64,000 nucleotides of DNA from Balanoglossus misakiensis. Taxonomy: Eukaryota; Animalia; Hemichordata. The position numbers were made by a program, and so were the translations under genes. The notes under the pieces were generated by a model. It saw only the letters and a list, made by a program, of their open reading frames with translations, ran no database searches and was not told where the DNA came from. Within the stretch, counting starts at the first letter, position 1. Each line of letters opens with the position of its first letter. Of this stretch, positions 1 through 11,665 are shown one piece after another. The stretch is taken from assembly GCA_040954595.2 (NCBI GenBank), contig CM082594.2, positions 8,687,573-8,751,572 on the forward strand. The letters run 5' to 3'.

Positions 1-3000
1 GGTATTATTTTGAACTTACCTTAACATTATTTTTTTTAAATGCAAAAATCTAAAAGTGTCCGAAAACCGAGTTCTTGTTTTATCCGCTCATTTTGAGCAG
101 ATACTTGCACTTACCTTGGCTCCGATCTGGTTACCGCACTGGCCGGCTTGGACATGAACAATTTCGCGCATTTTGATAGATTTTGATTTTTAAAAACCCT
201 GGACTAAAAAACGCCGATGATGAGCCTGTGGTGTGCCTGCCTTGGTCCAAACCGTGGGAGTGGTCGCTTCTTCTTAAAAACTCCACATTTGACAACCCTT
301 TTTGGCGGACCACACACCATATTAAGCTCCCGATTGGACAAATAGTTCCCCCAAATAAGCGATAATATGTAGCAGACAGAGTTAATGTTTTTATGTTAAG
401 AGCAAATTTTCTTAATTTTGTCTCTCCTGGAGAGAAATATTTCTATTTTAGCAAGTTTTCTTGATTTGTGGAAAATTTATGAAATTTGCCGGTGGCAACA
501 AGATGATTATCAACAATTTTGTTTACTGTTGTTGATAGGGTGAAAAGTAAACCAATGCGCGGATGTGAAGGGGTCGCGTTCGATGGTTTAGGTCGTGACC
601 GCATACGACCGCACAAAACACAAAGGTTGCACTGTTCTTACAGGAGAACTGGCTGTTGTCAAACGGCATTCAGAAGATGAGCACGCCCTGCCCCCTTCAT
701 TCATTCATTTCAGTGAAAGATGTCGCAAACACCAGAGTACACAGGTTTAAAAGCCATATATGGGCTACGAGTGGCGAGACACATCTATTCTTTGGCGTGT
801 ATTACCCTTCGCTATTCTGTTCAAATTGTGTTTTCGCCCTCGTTCGAGAACCCACAATGACTGTCCGGCTGCCCAAGCCTTAAACATTTTGACTTATACA
901 TGTATAAACGCCTCGGAAGATGTATAATAACAGTGTGGTTTACCTTTGGGTGTACAGTCAACTGTGAGACGGCCAGTTAATGGTAGACTGCCCTCTGTAG
1001 GCAGGCTTTTTATTTAGAAAATAATTATTCGCACGATGGCCTATATTAAACTAAGTACATGTGTAGGATTCATACATGGCCAATTAAATTTTGCAAAGCG
1101 TTTTGTATGTTTGGGCTCATATAGTACGCCCTCAGGCGACACAGTGTAAACTTTAATTAGCCGCTTATGAATCCCTGCCAATCAAGCCAAAAATACGATT
1201 TGGACAGCACGAGCTCATACGTAACTGAAAGTTTTCACTTTGCCTTTCCAATTAACCCTCGCCGTCCTATTAAAACTATTTTGTCTCTCCTTCTCACACA
1301 CAAAGTCGCGTCGTGTGTGTATCCCCAAAGGTCTTACGTCGACCAGGTTTCAAAGTTCTCCCTTGGCCATAGGAAGACCGAAAACTGATGCCACGTCCTA
1401 TGACGTCAGTGTATGGGTGGGCGTGATTGTCAATTGTCTTACCAAGTCTTTGGTATGATAGAAAATTGACATATAGTAATGACATTTGTGGGAGAATTTT
1501 GTAGATTTTATTTCCTCGATAGAAAAATAAAGTTGCATTTCGAGATGTAATGCATACAGCATATTTAATTTGCAAAGCGTTGGTGATTTCTTTTAAATCA
1601 GCAATATTGTACACGAGAAAATAAAAGTTCTGCGTTCACGGGATCATATCCGCCTGGCTAATAACTGACAGCAGAGTTCGTTCTCCAAATCAAAACCCAA
1701 AGCAGGTGTAAGTCAAAGTTCTGTATTCACATGTAAATGTGTACCGTTGTAAGCCAACGTCCATTCCGACCACGAATCTGAATACATCTACAATATGAAC
1801 TCGACAGCATTGCACCATGTTCAGCGACCAAGCCTTCGATTCGTAACCACACTATCAGCGCATACAAAATCACTCACAAACATGAGATTTTTTGGAAAAC
1901 GACATCGATAATATTGAAAATATTTCTATTTTATTTGACGAAATTTCTAACAGTACACTACACCCAGCTAACACGAATAACGCGTAACTGGCGCCGCTCC
2001 GGCAAACAATAGAACAGCTGGTCGAACAATCAGTAAGTGCACATTCTTAGCGTCACATTCAAACATTATAAAATAATTATAATGATTTTTTTAACCAATG
2101 TGACAATTCATTTCAGGAGTTCTGCAGAAATATGTCAGAAAAGTTTGGTAGCTTCCAGTCAAATCTTCCGTGGCAGTCGCTGGATGATGGGTTTGCATTA
2201 TTTGCATACCAGAAAGTCCAGGTGTCCTACTATACAGGTGCTCGAAAGATGAAATTCGCGACCACGCTGAAAAGACTGTGTGCATGGGGCGGAAAGTTGA
2301 CGTTGGCCGGAGTGAATCCCAAGGTTTTTTGGTCGATATTATACGCATTTTAAGCTGGCGATGAGATGGACTTGGCACGAGAGTATTCTCGACAAGAATT
2401 CGGCAAGCAGCTGACTGGTACGGGCCGATGGACGGACTTCTTCAGCTTCGTTGACAAGACACGCGATGATATGGTGTGTGCCAAGACCAGCATCGTCCGA
2501 GAAATTTGCATGCCATGGTCCGGATAGAACGGTGAGTGTGTCTGTCGTAGATAAACCCACTTCTTCGCTACTTAATGAACTCACCGCGCGTTGTAAGCTA
2601 AGTATGGTTTGCGATTCGGTCGCGGCGGTAAAGAAAAATGCACAAATCGCAAATATGTTTTTTGAAAGCAGAAGTTTATACACCAATCATGAGTTCAACC
2701 ATTCTCAGGGCCATTATTGGGATATCTTTCCTCATTATTGGTTTTATTGTGCGTGATTTCCCCCTTTAATCTGTGATGACCTGGCATCAAGGAAAGTTCT
2801 GGCAGAGGTAGTCGCTCCCCTCATTTCAGTCCTTGCCCTTTCTTTGCTTCATCTCCAGAAGCATACCAATCTCCTCGCGGAAAGTACTTTGGAATTCTTA
2901 CCTAGTTAGGGAGTCTAGAGTATCGGTCAGACTCTTTAGCTTGGTGGCCGTAAACTGCAGAAATGGGAAACTTCGGTATATTCATTCACCAAATGCCAAG

Positions 3001-3555
3001 TCGGAAACCTCAATATTTCTCCATTTGTGGGTGGTGGAGAACGCAACTCAAATACCCACGTGCGGATGTGGGGAGGGTGTGTGCTAATTACCTACTGCTG
3101 CGAAAGGCTAAGCAGAAAGACTGATTACAGGGTCCGATACGAAATCTCACTCTGCTTTTTACTCACGCACGCGCGGGTGTGGAAGAACTACATGTATATG
3201 TTAAAGTGCGTTCTGATTCTGATGCAGAAAACCGAAATGCTCATTAGCTACACGTTGCTATGCGGAAACGCAAATTCTCATTAACCAAGTTTCCGAGCGC
3301 TTCCCACAAGCTTAATACTGTGCAGTCAATCGCCAAGCGAGTCAGCTCGTTTAAATTCGCGACGAAGTAAGTTGCCACTCCGTTTACGGAATTTATCCAT
3401 TGGCGTGATATTGGTAGACTTTTCATCGGAAAATAGGGTTGTCTGAAATCGGCAAAGTGCGCCTCCGAAGTTCGCCGGCGCACTTGAATGTGCGCTGCGC
3501 CGCTACTTTACAGTGACGTCATTCTAGAGGGCGCACTTTACCTAGGTCAGACCAA

Positions 3556-3631
3556 GTTAAACCACAGTCCCCCTATCACAGGGACTGTGGTTAAATCATA
3601 GACAGTACCCATCTACTGTCAATGGTTAAAC
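3556..3631. mobile_element. Two stacked CA..TG mini-hairpins sharing a triplicated 7-bp TSD (probable P-superfamily transposon footprints)
   Basis: gttaaac [cacagtccc cctatcaca gggactgtg] gttaaat [catagacagta cccatc tactgtcaatg] gttaaac. Confidence 0.65.
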
Positions 3632-5584
3632 TGACTTGAAGAAATAAACTCAATGAGTCACTATAAATACACAGCCGCCATCGCCACGTAGAGAAGTGCT
3701 CCGACAACTATCAAAGTTTATTTTGAAATGCTTAACGTCCAAAAGCCTCCCTTCCAGACCAACTTGTCAATGTTCAAAGCTTTAAAAAAATTCACGTGAC
3801 ACAAAAACCAACACAAAAGACATATCGCAAAAATAGAAGCGCTTTAAAAGTAAGGGTCGTCTTGACTGCACAGTACATATACGACTTTTTTGTTTATAAA
3901 CACGCCAACGGCGTATCCCCCACTGTTCAGGGATACCCCGCCAACCAATACATGTTATATAAAATTAAAGTAAATTAGATATGCGAAAATAATTAGTGGC
4001 ATATTTTGCATGATGTACAGTGTTAATAGCCTACATTGACTTGGTAGCAGCCGTGTCATCTGGGACCCATACTCTTTAAAACAAATATTTTTACTTGTGA
4101 ACTTTGACTCCGAAGAAACACGGTGCACGATTTTTAAACAATAGATTTATTTTATTATATATGGTCATAATAAGACCACCGTGCTAACACGTCGTAAACA
4201 GGTGCTTGTTTTAGTTCAGAAATAATTGGTTTAACATTTATATAAAACAATATACCCCGACTTACCTCGTTATTAACAGGAAGAAACTGCCAATCATTAT
4301 GACGTATGCCAATTATAAACACCGACTCACTCATTCATTCACTTGAAGGGATTTTCTTATAATATACGGAGAAACTGCCTTGGTGGCGGTTTATTAGCTA
4401 GATACCAGAAGCCTTTTGCCATTAATACATATTTCATGCCGCGTTACGCTGCCGACCAAGTAAAGAACGGCGCAAGAAAGTAGTCGACCCCCATGGAAAT
4501 TTCCGTTGCAACCTTCTGTCTTTCTCTTGAAGATAACAGTGACAAGAGACGAGCAAAACTGATTGCATTTGACGTAAAAGTCAATTTTCTTCCCTGAAAG
4601 AAAGTTTGGAAATGTGATTAAGAATTTATGAATGGAATCATAGCACTTTATAAGTCGAAAAAAAAAACTCGACGTCTTCTGTGTGTATACATGTATTATC
4701 TTCATATGATTTGAAGCTTGGCTTTATGATTGTTGCGTGCACACTCATGATAATTCGGTGGGAATTTAGAATTCAGCTGTGTTGTTTCGACACAGAGTGC
4801 GAAATTAGAGAACAAAAACAGAATTAAGTTTTTTGCTTGGGTGGTAAGTTGCCTTGGCTATTTTTGGCTTCGTGTGGTGGCCTTTTTAGGCTTCCATCAA
4901 CACAATATCGTGAGTATGAACGTCAATAAGAGTCAAACGAAACCGGGTTCGGTTCAGAATAAATTAGGTCAAGGGATATATTGCAACCTTAATTAAATCA
5001 CCCTTTAAACGCTGTCCACACTCAGTAGTGTACACACACTGCAGAAAATATCCCTACACACGCGTGTGTGTTGTATGCACGTGTATCGTTTCCAGTACAT
5101 GTACAGGCAAAGGAATAATCCAGAAACAGATTCTTTCAAATTTTATCTCTTCCTGTCCATTTTGTGGCCCACCCTTTGGAAACGGATATTGTAAAATTTT
5201 ACAATCAGCCTACCGTTTTGGTCAAATCTGTTCCGTTAAAATAGAAAATGCGCTTGCCTCATTAGAATGGGACTTCTTCTGTTTCATGACTGTATATTTC
5301 ATAAAATTGGTGGTGGAAACACCGTATTAAAACATGATACCACTATTTTGAATATTACTAGTAATAAAATAAGCACAGGTACGACACCGAATCTATCCGT
5401 AATTCTATGTGAACGCACAGTGACATTCAATACAACACTACGACAGCATATTCTGTGTGCACGTGTAGAACGTACGTGTCCACATAAGCGTTTACGTAAG
5501 GCACATGTAGGCTTAGTGTACAACACCGTCGCGAGTGCAAAGGTAATCACGCGTGTGTTACACGTGTAAGGTTTCCAGTGCATG

Positions 5585-5631
5585 TACAGGCCATAGGCCC
5601 TAGTGGAAAGGACCAGGGTCTATGTCCAGGC
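5585..5631. mobile_element. CA..TG mini-hairpin with 7-bp TSD (degenerate footprint)
   Basis: tacaggc [cataggccctagt ggaaagg accagggtctatg] tccaggc; 13-bp stem with 2 mismatches, TSD 6/7 identical. Confidence 0.5.
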
Positions 5632-8600
5632 AAATGGCTATAGTGAACGGTCGCTGATATTTACAGGGTTGCGGTATACATGTATTTGATCTCGACCTAT
5701 AAGGTTCACATCTAGGTACATGTGTGTATGTCATGTGTCGTTATGCTGTGGTGTGGTGCGGTGCAGTATTCAATTATACGTAGAATAGGACGGCCAACAC
5801 ACAGGTTCCGATGTTTTATATGATAAGCCGATAACTCTGTTATCACGAATAAGAAGAATATTGATACAGCTTTGAAAAAAATGTCTCGGTCACTAATTAC
5901 ATTATCTAATACAAGCACTGTTGACTCCTTGTGTTGTAGACGGTCTTTATTTTTCGCTTTTATTGTACTTTTAGGGGTAATTAGGCATGATTACTCTTGT
6001 TTTATGTGTAATTAAGGATTGAGTAGCGTAATTAGCCAAAACAACAGACTCTCGCGTGACACAGGGACGAACCACCTTTAGTTGGAGTGTATTGTTACAG
6101 TACTATGTCATATCCCACTGTGCAGTCTATGTGTAAAGCCGTCATACTTATTATCCTATTAGTCCAACTAGCGTCCGGTGGATTACGGACAGTCTTGGCG
6201 CGTGTGTTGTGTTTTCTCTTGTCCCGAAAGCCGACATCACATGCACAAAATCAGCCGGATATGGCTTGTTTAACTAAAATCGAGTCGGCTTTGACGGGAC
6301 TTGTCTTACCAAAAGGAGCCCGCGTGCTGTCTACGTACATTTTATGAGAAAGATGCTCTCTTTTGTCGGCCGTGTGTAATTACACGTTTTCAAGCGCACA
6401 GTGCATGCGGTGTAGTAGCATGGCACATTTTCCTTCTTCAAAAGACTTTGAACACCTACATAAAAGACCATATTCCGAACTCCACCCTGCGAGACAATAT
6501 AATACAGTCTCCAAAATACATACAATAGGGCTTATACATAAATGAAATCAAATACTCTGAAAACTGAAAGGAGAAAGGAGAACGAAAAAAAATACATAAA
6601 TCGTGGAATTATAAAGAATTAACAATCACTGTAAGAATATAAGTTAAACATAAGAGAAATAACAACATTAATTAGTTTCAAATAAACCAAGCGATTAGCA
6701 TTTTTGCTGACATAGATTGACAACGAACACGCACGTACAGCTCATTAATGAGAAGCCCCAATCCACGCGCGGACGACCTACACCCTTTTTGAGACCCGGT
6801 TCATTTCAAATGAACGAAAACACAGAAGAGAGATCCAGTACACGGCCAGATTTAATTAACTGTATTAAATATTCCCCAAGTAAAATGTCGATTGCGTTGC
6901 TTGCTGTGATCATGATACCGGAAATCTCAGCTATAGTTTAAGATTCTCACCGGTTTTGCATATTTAAAACATACCGTGTTGTGCAAAAGAAATTCTCTGG
7001 CGAAGGAACTATGTATTACTAGGTCTACTTGCACAACGTCATTAAATATGCAACTTGTCGATTTACAATGATGCGACTTCGATATTTCGTACCTCCGTCA
7101 GAATTCTGTCAGTTCAAATTTTATTTTTAGTTTCATCAAATGGGGTGCAGTTATTTCTGAAAAACTTCACTAATTTAAAAAAATCATTAAATATAAGAAG
7201 ATTATTGACACTTCAAGTTAGTACTCATCATTACTTTCAATCTGCGGTTTTTGCTATCTCTAGATAGTTTCATCATCTTTGTATATTACAGTGTTGACAT
7301 GGTGCTCTCCATAAAACAATCATTATTAGGAAAAAAATACAGATCTCTGATAATTTTATTAATATGGAAGCAAGGCGCACCAAATCCCCTGACCAAATCT
7401 TACCAGTTCTGGCCATTTTGAACCTGTACCCGTGTACCGAATTTGATTTGAACCCTTTCATCCGTTTGTGACATATCCTGTTTAATTAGCACAACTTGAA
7501 ATAGACAGAAATCAGTATTACATTTGCTCACGGGGTGAAAGCACGTGTGCGCTAACATTGTGTAAAAGGCGTTTACTTGTGGATGCTTCCTATGACGAAT
7601 TCTCTCTTCCTGGAACAGGTTTACACCCTAGTTGAGTGATTAAAATCCAGCGTTGTCGACAGAATGTCGCGATGAAAGTTTTCTGACATGATAAATTAAT
7701 AGACACGCATCAGCGACATGAATGTTAGTGACACGCTGATAGATATGTAACATCTTAAAACTTGTAGTAGATGTGCCGTCTTTATCATCCCTCCGTAAAG
7801 GTTCATGAGCTGCAACTGGTAACTATTAAAATAATTTAACCCCCCAGCACAAGTTAAGAAGAAGCTATTGAAGTATCGAAAATTTTGATGTAATGATTCT
7901 TTGAATCACACGAAAGTTTTACAAATTACATTTAAAACAGTCCTTTATAGAAAACAATATTAAAGGACTGTAGTGAGTATCTCGAAAATCAATGTCTTAG
8001 ACGTAAATGTGATTTTCTATCATATGTTGATTTTAAGGGGTATGATTGCTATTGTTATTTTCATACAGTTAAAACAACCGTTATTCGCTTAAAAATTCCG
8101 CTCTTCTACATTCAGACCCAAAAAGTCAGCAGAAAATAGAATTGTGAGTCTGTCCCGAAATACTAGTATGATCAAAACGTAAAAGTGACAAAATCTTTAC
8201 AACTGCGTCATAACATGACATATATATCGTGAACTTTCCCCCCCCCCCGGGGCCAAGTGTAACAATACTTGGGCCAACTCAGTCATTGAGAAGCCGGCCG
8301 ATATACTTCAGTTATTACAAGCGTTTAGAGTACTTAGCCCTATGAGCAGTAACTAATCATAAGTCCCGGCTTCTTCTGCTATAGACTGATGAAAATTCAT
8401 GTTTAGGGACCAAATAAATATATTTGTACAGCGACGTCGAAATACATTGTCAACTTGAATGGTGATTGGCACATTGTCTATGTAATTGATGCCGCGCCAG
8501 ACACACGACTATTTCGGTCTCTATTCCAGTAACCGAGTATTCAAAGTCTTTTGAAATAAAAAAAAAGTACTCGTCATAGTTAACATGTAAATGATGATAT

Positions 8601-11449
8601 CTCAGGTGAGGATAGAGAGCACGTGCACCCCTTTAATAAAATAAGAACATGGTAAGAAACAAACCTCATCCGGTTCATTTTTTATAATATTCCTGGCTAG
8701 CTAGGCTTTTCGAGATGTGGTAACGTATGTCCCCAGATTGTCCGTAATCCACCGGACGTCAGTTTGCAATTATATATGAAGGCCAGTACGACGGCGAGAT
8801 TTACAAAGGTCCCTCCGCGCGACATGGCACGCGACTACAATAACAGACCAACCAAATGTAATTCATTACAATGGCACGCGAGTTTCTATTGTCTCTAATT
8901 AAGCCAATCGGTCTTAACTCATACACACAACAATAGCTATTGCTCCGTGATAATTACTCGTCAAAATGAGCAACACAAAAGACAAATCCAAGTCCTGTTC
9001 CTTATCAACACTGTGTGAACTATATTGATCTTCAATAGTCCTTGTGTTAGTTTAGACAATTACCGGCCCAGACAGTCTTTTCACAGACAATGCAACCCAG
9101 ATTATGGGACACTAACAATATTACTTACAGACGGAGTGGACAAAGACGCAGCTATTATTAGCCGACAGAAATTTCCTTGGTAAAATAAAATTTTAGTATA
9201 TTTGAATTTTTGGGCGAAATAGCTGAAATTTCCGCTTCAAAATAAACCGACCCGAAAACTTAGCAAAATATACAAATATTTGTGTACATTTGTCTTACAA
9301 GTATCTTCCAAAGGTTTTTGACAACAGGTTGATAATTGGTTGTAATTACATATGAGTTTTGGGTTCAAAGGTCATTTACGTCTTGTGTGATATTAAGGGT
9401 TTGTATTACAGGGAGCTCTTCTGTATTCGAGTGACGTGGCCATACTTTTGACGAGTCGCGCAGATATTGTTTAGCTCTTTCTCAGAAGTAATTGCAGTCA
9501 CACAGTGAAAATGTAGCACAGTATGTTCACTAGTGAAATTAAGACTGGTCCACAAATTTCACTGTAACTACAAGCTGTGTATGTAACGACGTATATACAC
9601 CAGAATTATTTCAAAAACTCGCCCGTGGACACGACCATCATTACTACGTGTACAGTTTATTTTAATATATCCTGTCATTGGTATTTACATTTTGAAGAGT
9701 TGCATTCGATAACACTTGCGAGTAGGCGATTTTGAAAGTTGGTAGAAGAAGTCTCAGTCTGCCTTACATTAAAGGAGAATGCACTCTCACGTGCACGTAA
9801 CGTAACCGTTTGTATAACCAACGACCCAAAAGAATAGACAGTTAAATGTACTGCTCATTTTCCCGGAGATTTTGGATCCCAATATTTTTTCTGTAACATT
9901 TGTAAAGTATCACGTTGAAGAAAAATAATGTATTACTAATTTAATTTATTATAATTATATAATTTATAACGATTTATTATCTGAAATAGAAATGATTACT
10001 ATTGCTTACGTTTGCTTTGTAAACCGATTGTCGAGAACAACTAAAATCTCGAGAAATTTGTCTTTTTAGAAAATCTTTGCTGTAACCCCCAAGTTTGATG
10101 TACACTATGAAATGGCGCACATATAGGGACGATAAGGCGAACACTTTTTATGGATATCCGCCGCAACATCGCATCGACTTCCATTTCGACTAATTACTTA
10201 AAATGAAGCTTTGATGGAAATGACAAGGGCAACATTTTGGATATCCGCGTCCCCTTGTGTGCATACCACCAACATCGCAATAAATTAGTAAAAATCTACC
10301 AATTTTTGTGACCTTTTTGAGTACAATTTAAAAGTGAACAATCCAATCACAGAGATGGAAAATACCGGTCTCCTCCGGTTTCTGCGCTTATGGTTGGCCG
10401 TTGTCACGGGGGTGGGGGGGTGCGTGTCGCCCTTTAAGTGATACATGCTGCGTGTGTGTCATCGTGGTGGCCAAGTAATAGAATTCAAGCTTTGTGTGAA
10501 ACTATAGAATATGTGCAGAGTTTTTCAAAAACTGTAATGTTTGTGCAGTTTAACACCGTGTGTTGTTTGTCCTGTATCACATGAAAATGTCCTCCAATAG
10601 AAACTGCCAAGCCATGCGAGATCACACAGGGTGTCGTGCGTGGAGTTCTATTGATTGGCTGTATTTAAGTAACCCACGGTGTCTGTCTCCCCTCGATCCC
10701 GTGTGTCTTCCAAAATGGTCGAAGGCTTTGGGACACAAAAACGTTTAAAGAGTACTCACAAATTAGCGCGGCGTCTTCAGGCAGCCTTTAAACCACATTG
10801 GAGGGATGTCTAGTAATTTCAGAATGACAGAAAGTTTTATCTTGTCTTTTCGTCGATTTTACTGAATGCTGTACGTAAAATCGTGTTGTTAGCTCGCTGA
10901 AATGCGACTTGTTAACGCCTTCGAGAAAAAGAGACCATCTCCTTACGTTTTTCAAAAGGAGTTTACATTAATTTATCGACTATAATACGTTGTCACTGAT
11001 TGTTGTTAGTAGTATGAATGGATCCATTTGCTAGCACGTTCGGGGTCAAAACGTTATTGTTACGAATTTTTAAAAGCCTTTTGTCTAAATATTTACGAGA
11101 ATCTCCCCTGTTAATTTTCCATATAAAAAAACTCCAAAATTTTATTTTACCATATGTATTATTTTAAAATGTGTATTTATTTGCATTTGTCCAGTACTGT
11201 CGCACCAAAGATAAAAACTCCAAAATATTGCAAAAGTATCATGGCGACTGTGATGTCCTTTGAGTGCTTGGGAAGCCGCGTGACCCACAAGGACATTTGA
11301 GTAAGAGCTGAGTTCACGCTTTCGGAACACACGACCCACTCAAATCCTGTCAAATCACATCACCGCAAACCAACTCATCCTGATTCCTAATTGATTAACA
11401 GATTTTAGCGAATGTGGTGAAGGGTTGTCATTTAAGCGCGTCGTGATAG

Positions 11450-11560
11450 CATCTGATTGGTTGACAGCGTTACTATGGGCGTTACTATGGACAGAAAAGT
11501 GGGAGGGCCTACACAGAAATAAACTTCCTTCGCTGAAAAATTCACAATATAAACGTTATC
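11450..11560 (+). promoter_or_regulatory. Candidate proximal promoter of the glass-like gene
   Basis: Inverted CCAAT (ctgattgg ~11453), tandem 12-bp duplication gcgttactatgg x2 (~11467-11490), GC-rich gggaggg (~11501) and TATA-like aatataaa (~11547), all 110-215 bp upstream of the ATG. Confidence 0.4.
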
Positions 11561-11665
11561 AGACAGTGGCTTTCACCACTGTATCCAACGTTCACGATTC
11601 AAGAAGGCTGGTATCCTACACAGTTCTCTGTTCTGACAAGCGCTGATCGGCTACAAACTTCTACC

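Noticed and set aside
1-370. Relationship between the window start and the 87-bp satellite (ttcgcgcatttt, aaaaaccctgg)
   Set aside because: Only short A/T-tract-rich similarities, which could be chance; the element is truncated by the window edge.
7937-7971. Hairpin acagtccttta...taaaggactgt resembling the cacagtc footprint family
   Set aside because: No CA/TG termini and no 7-bp TSD. Hairpins at ~34872-34903 and ~57425-57470 also lack a TSD.
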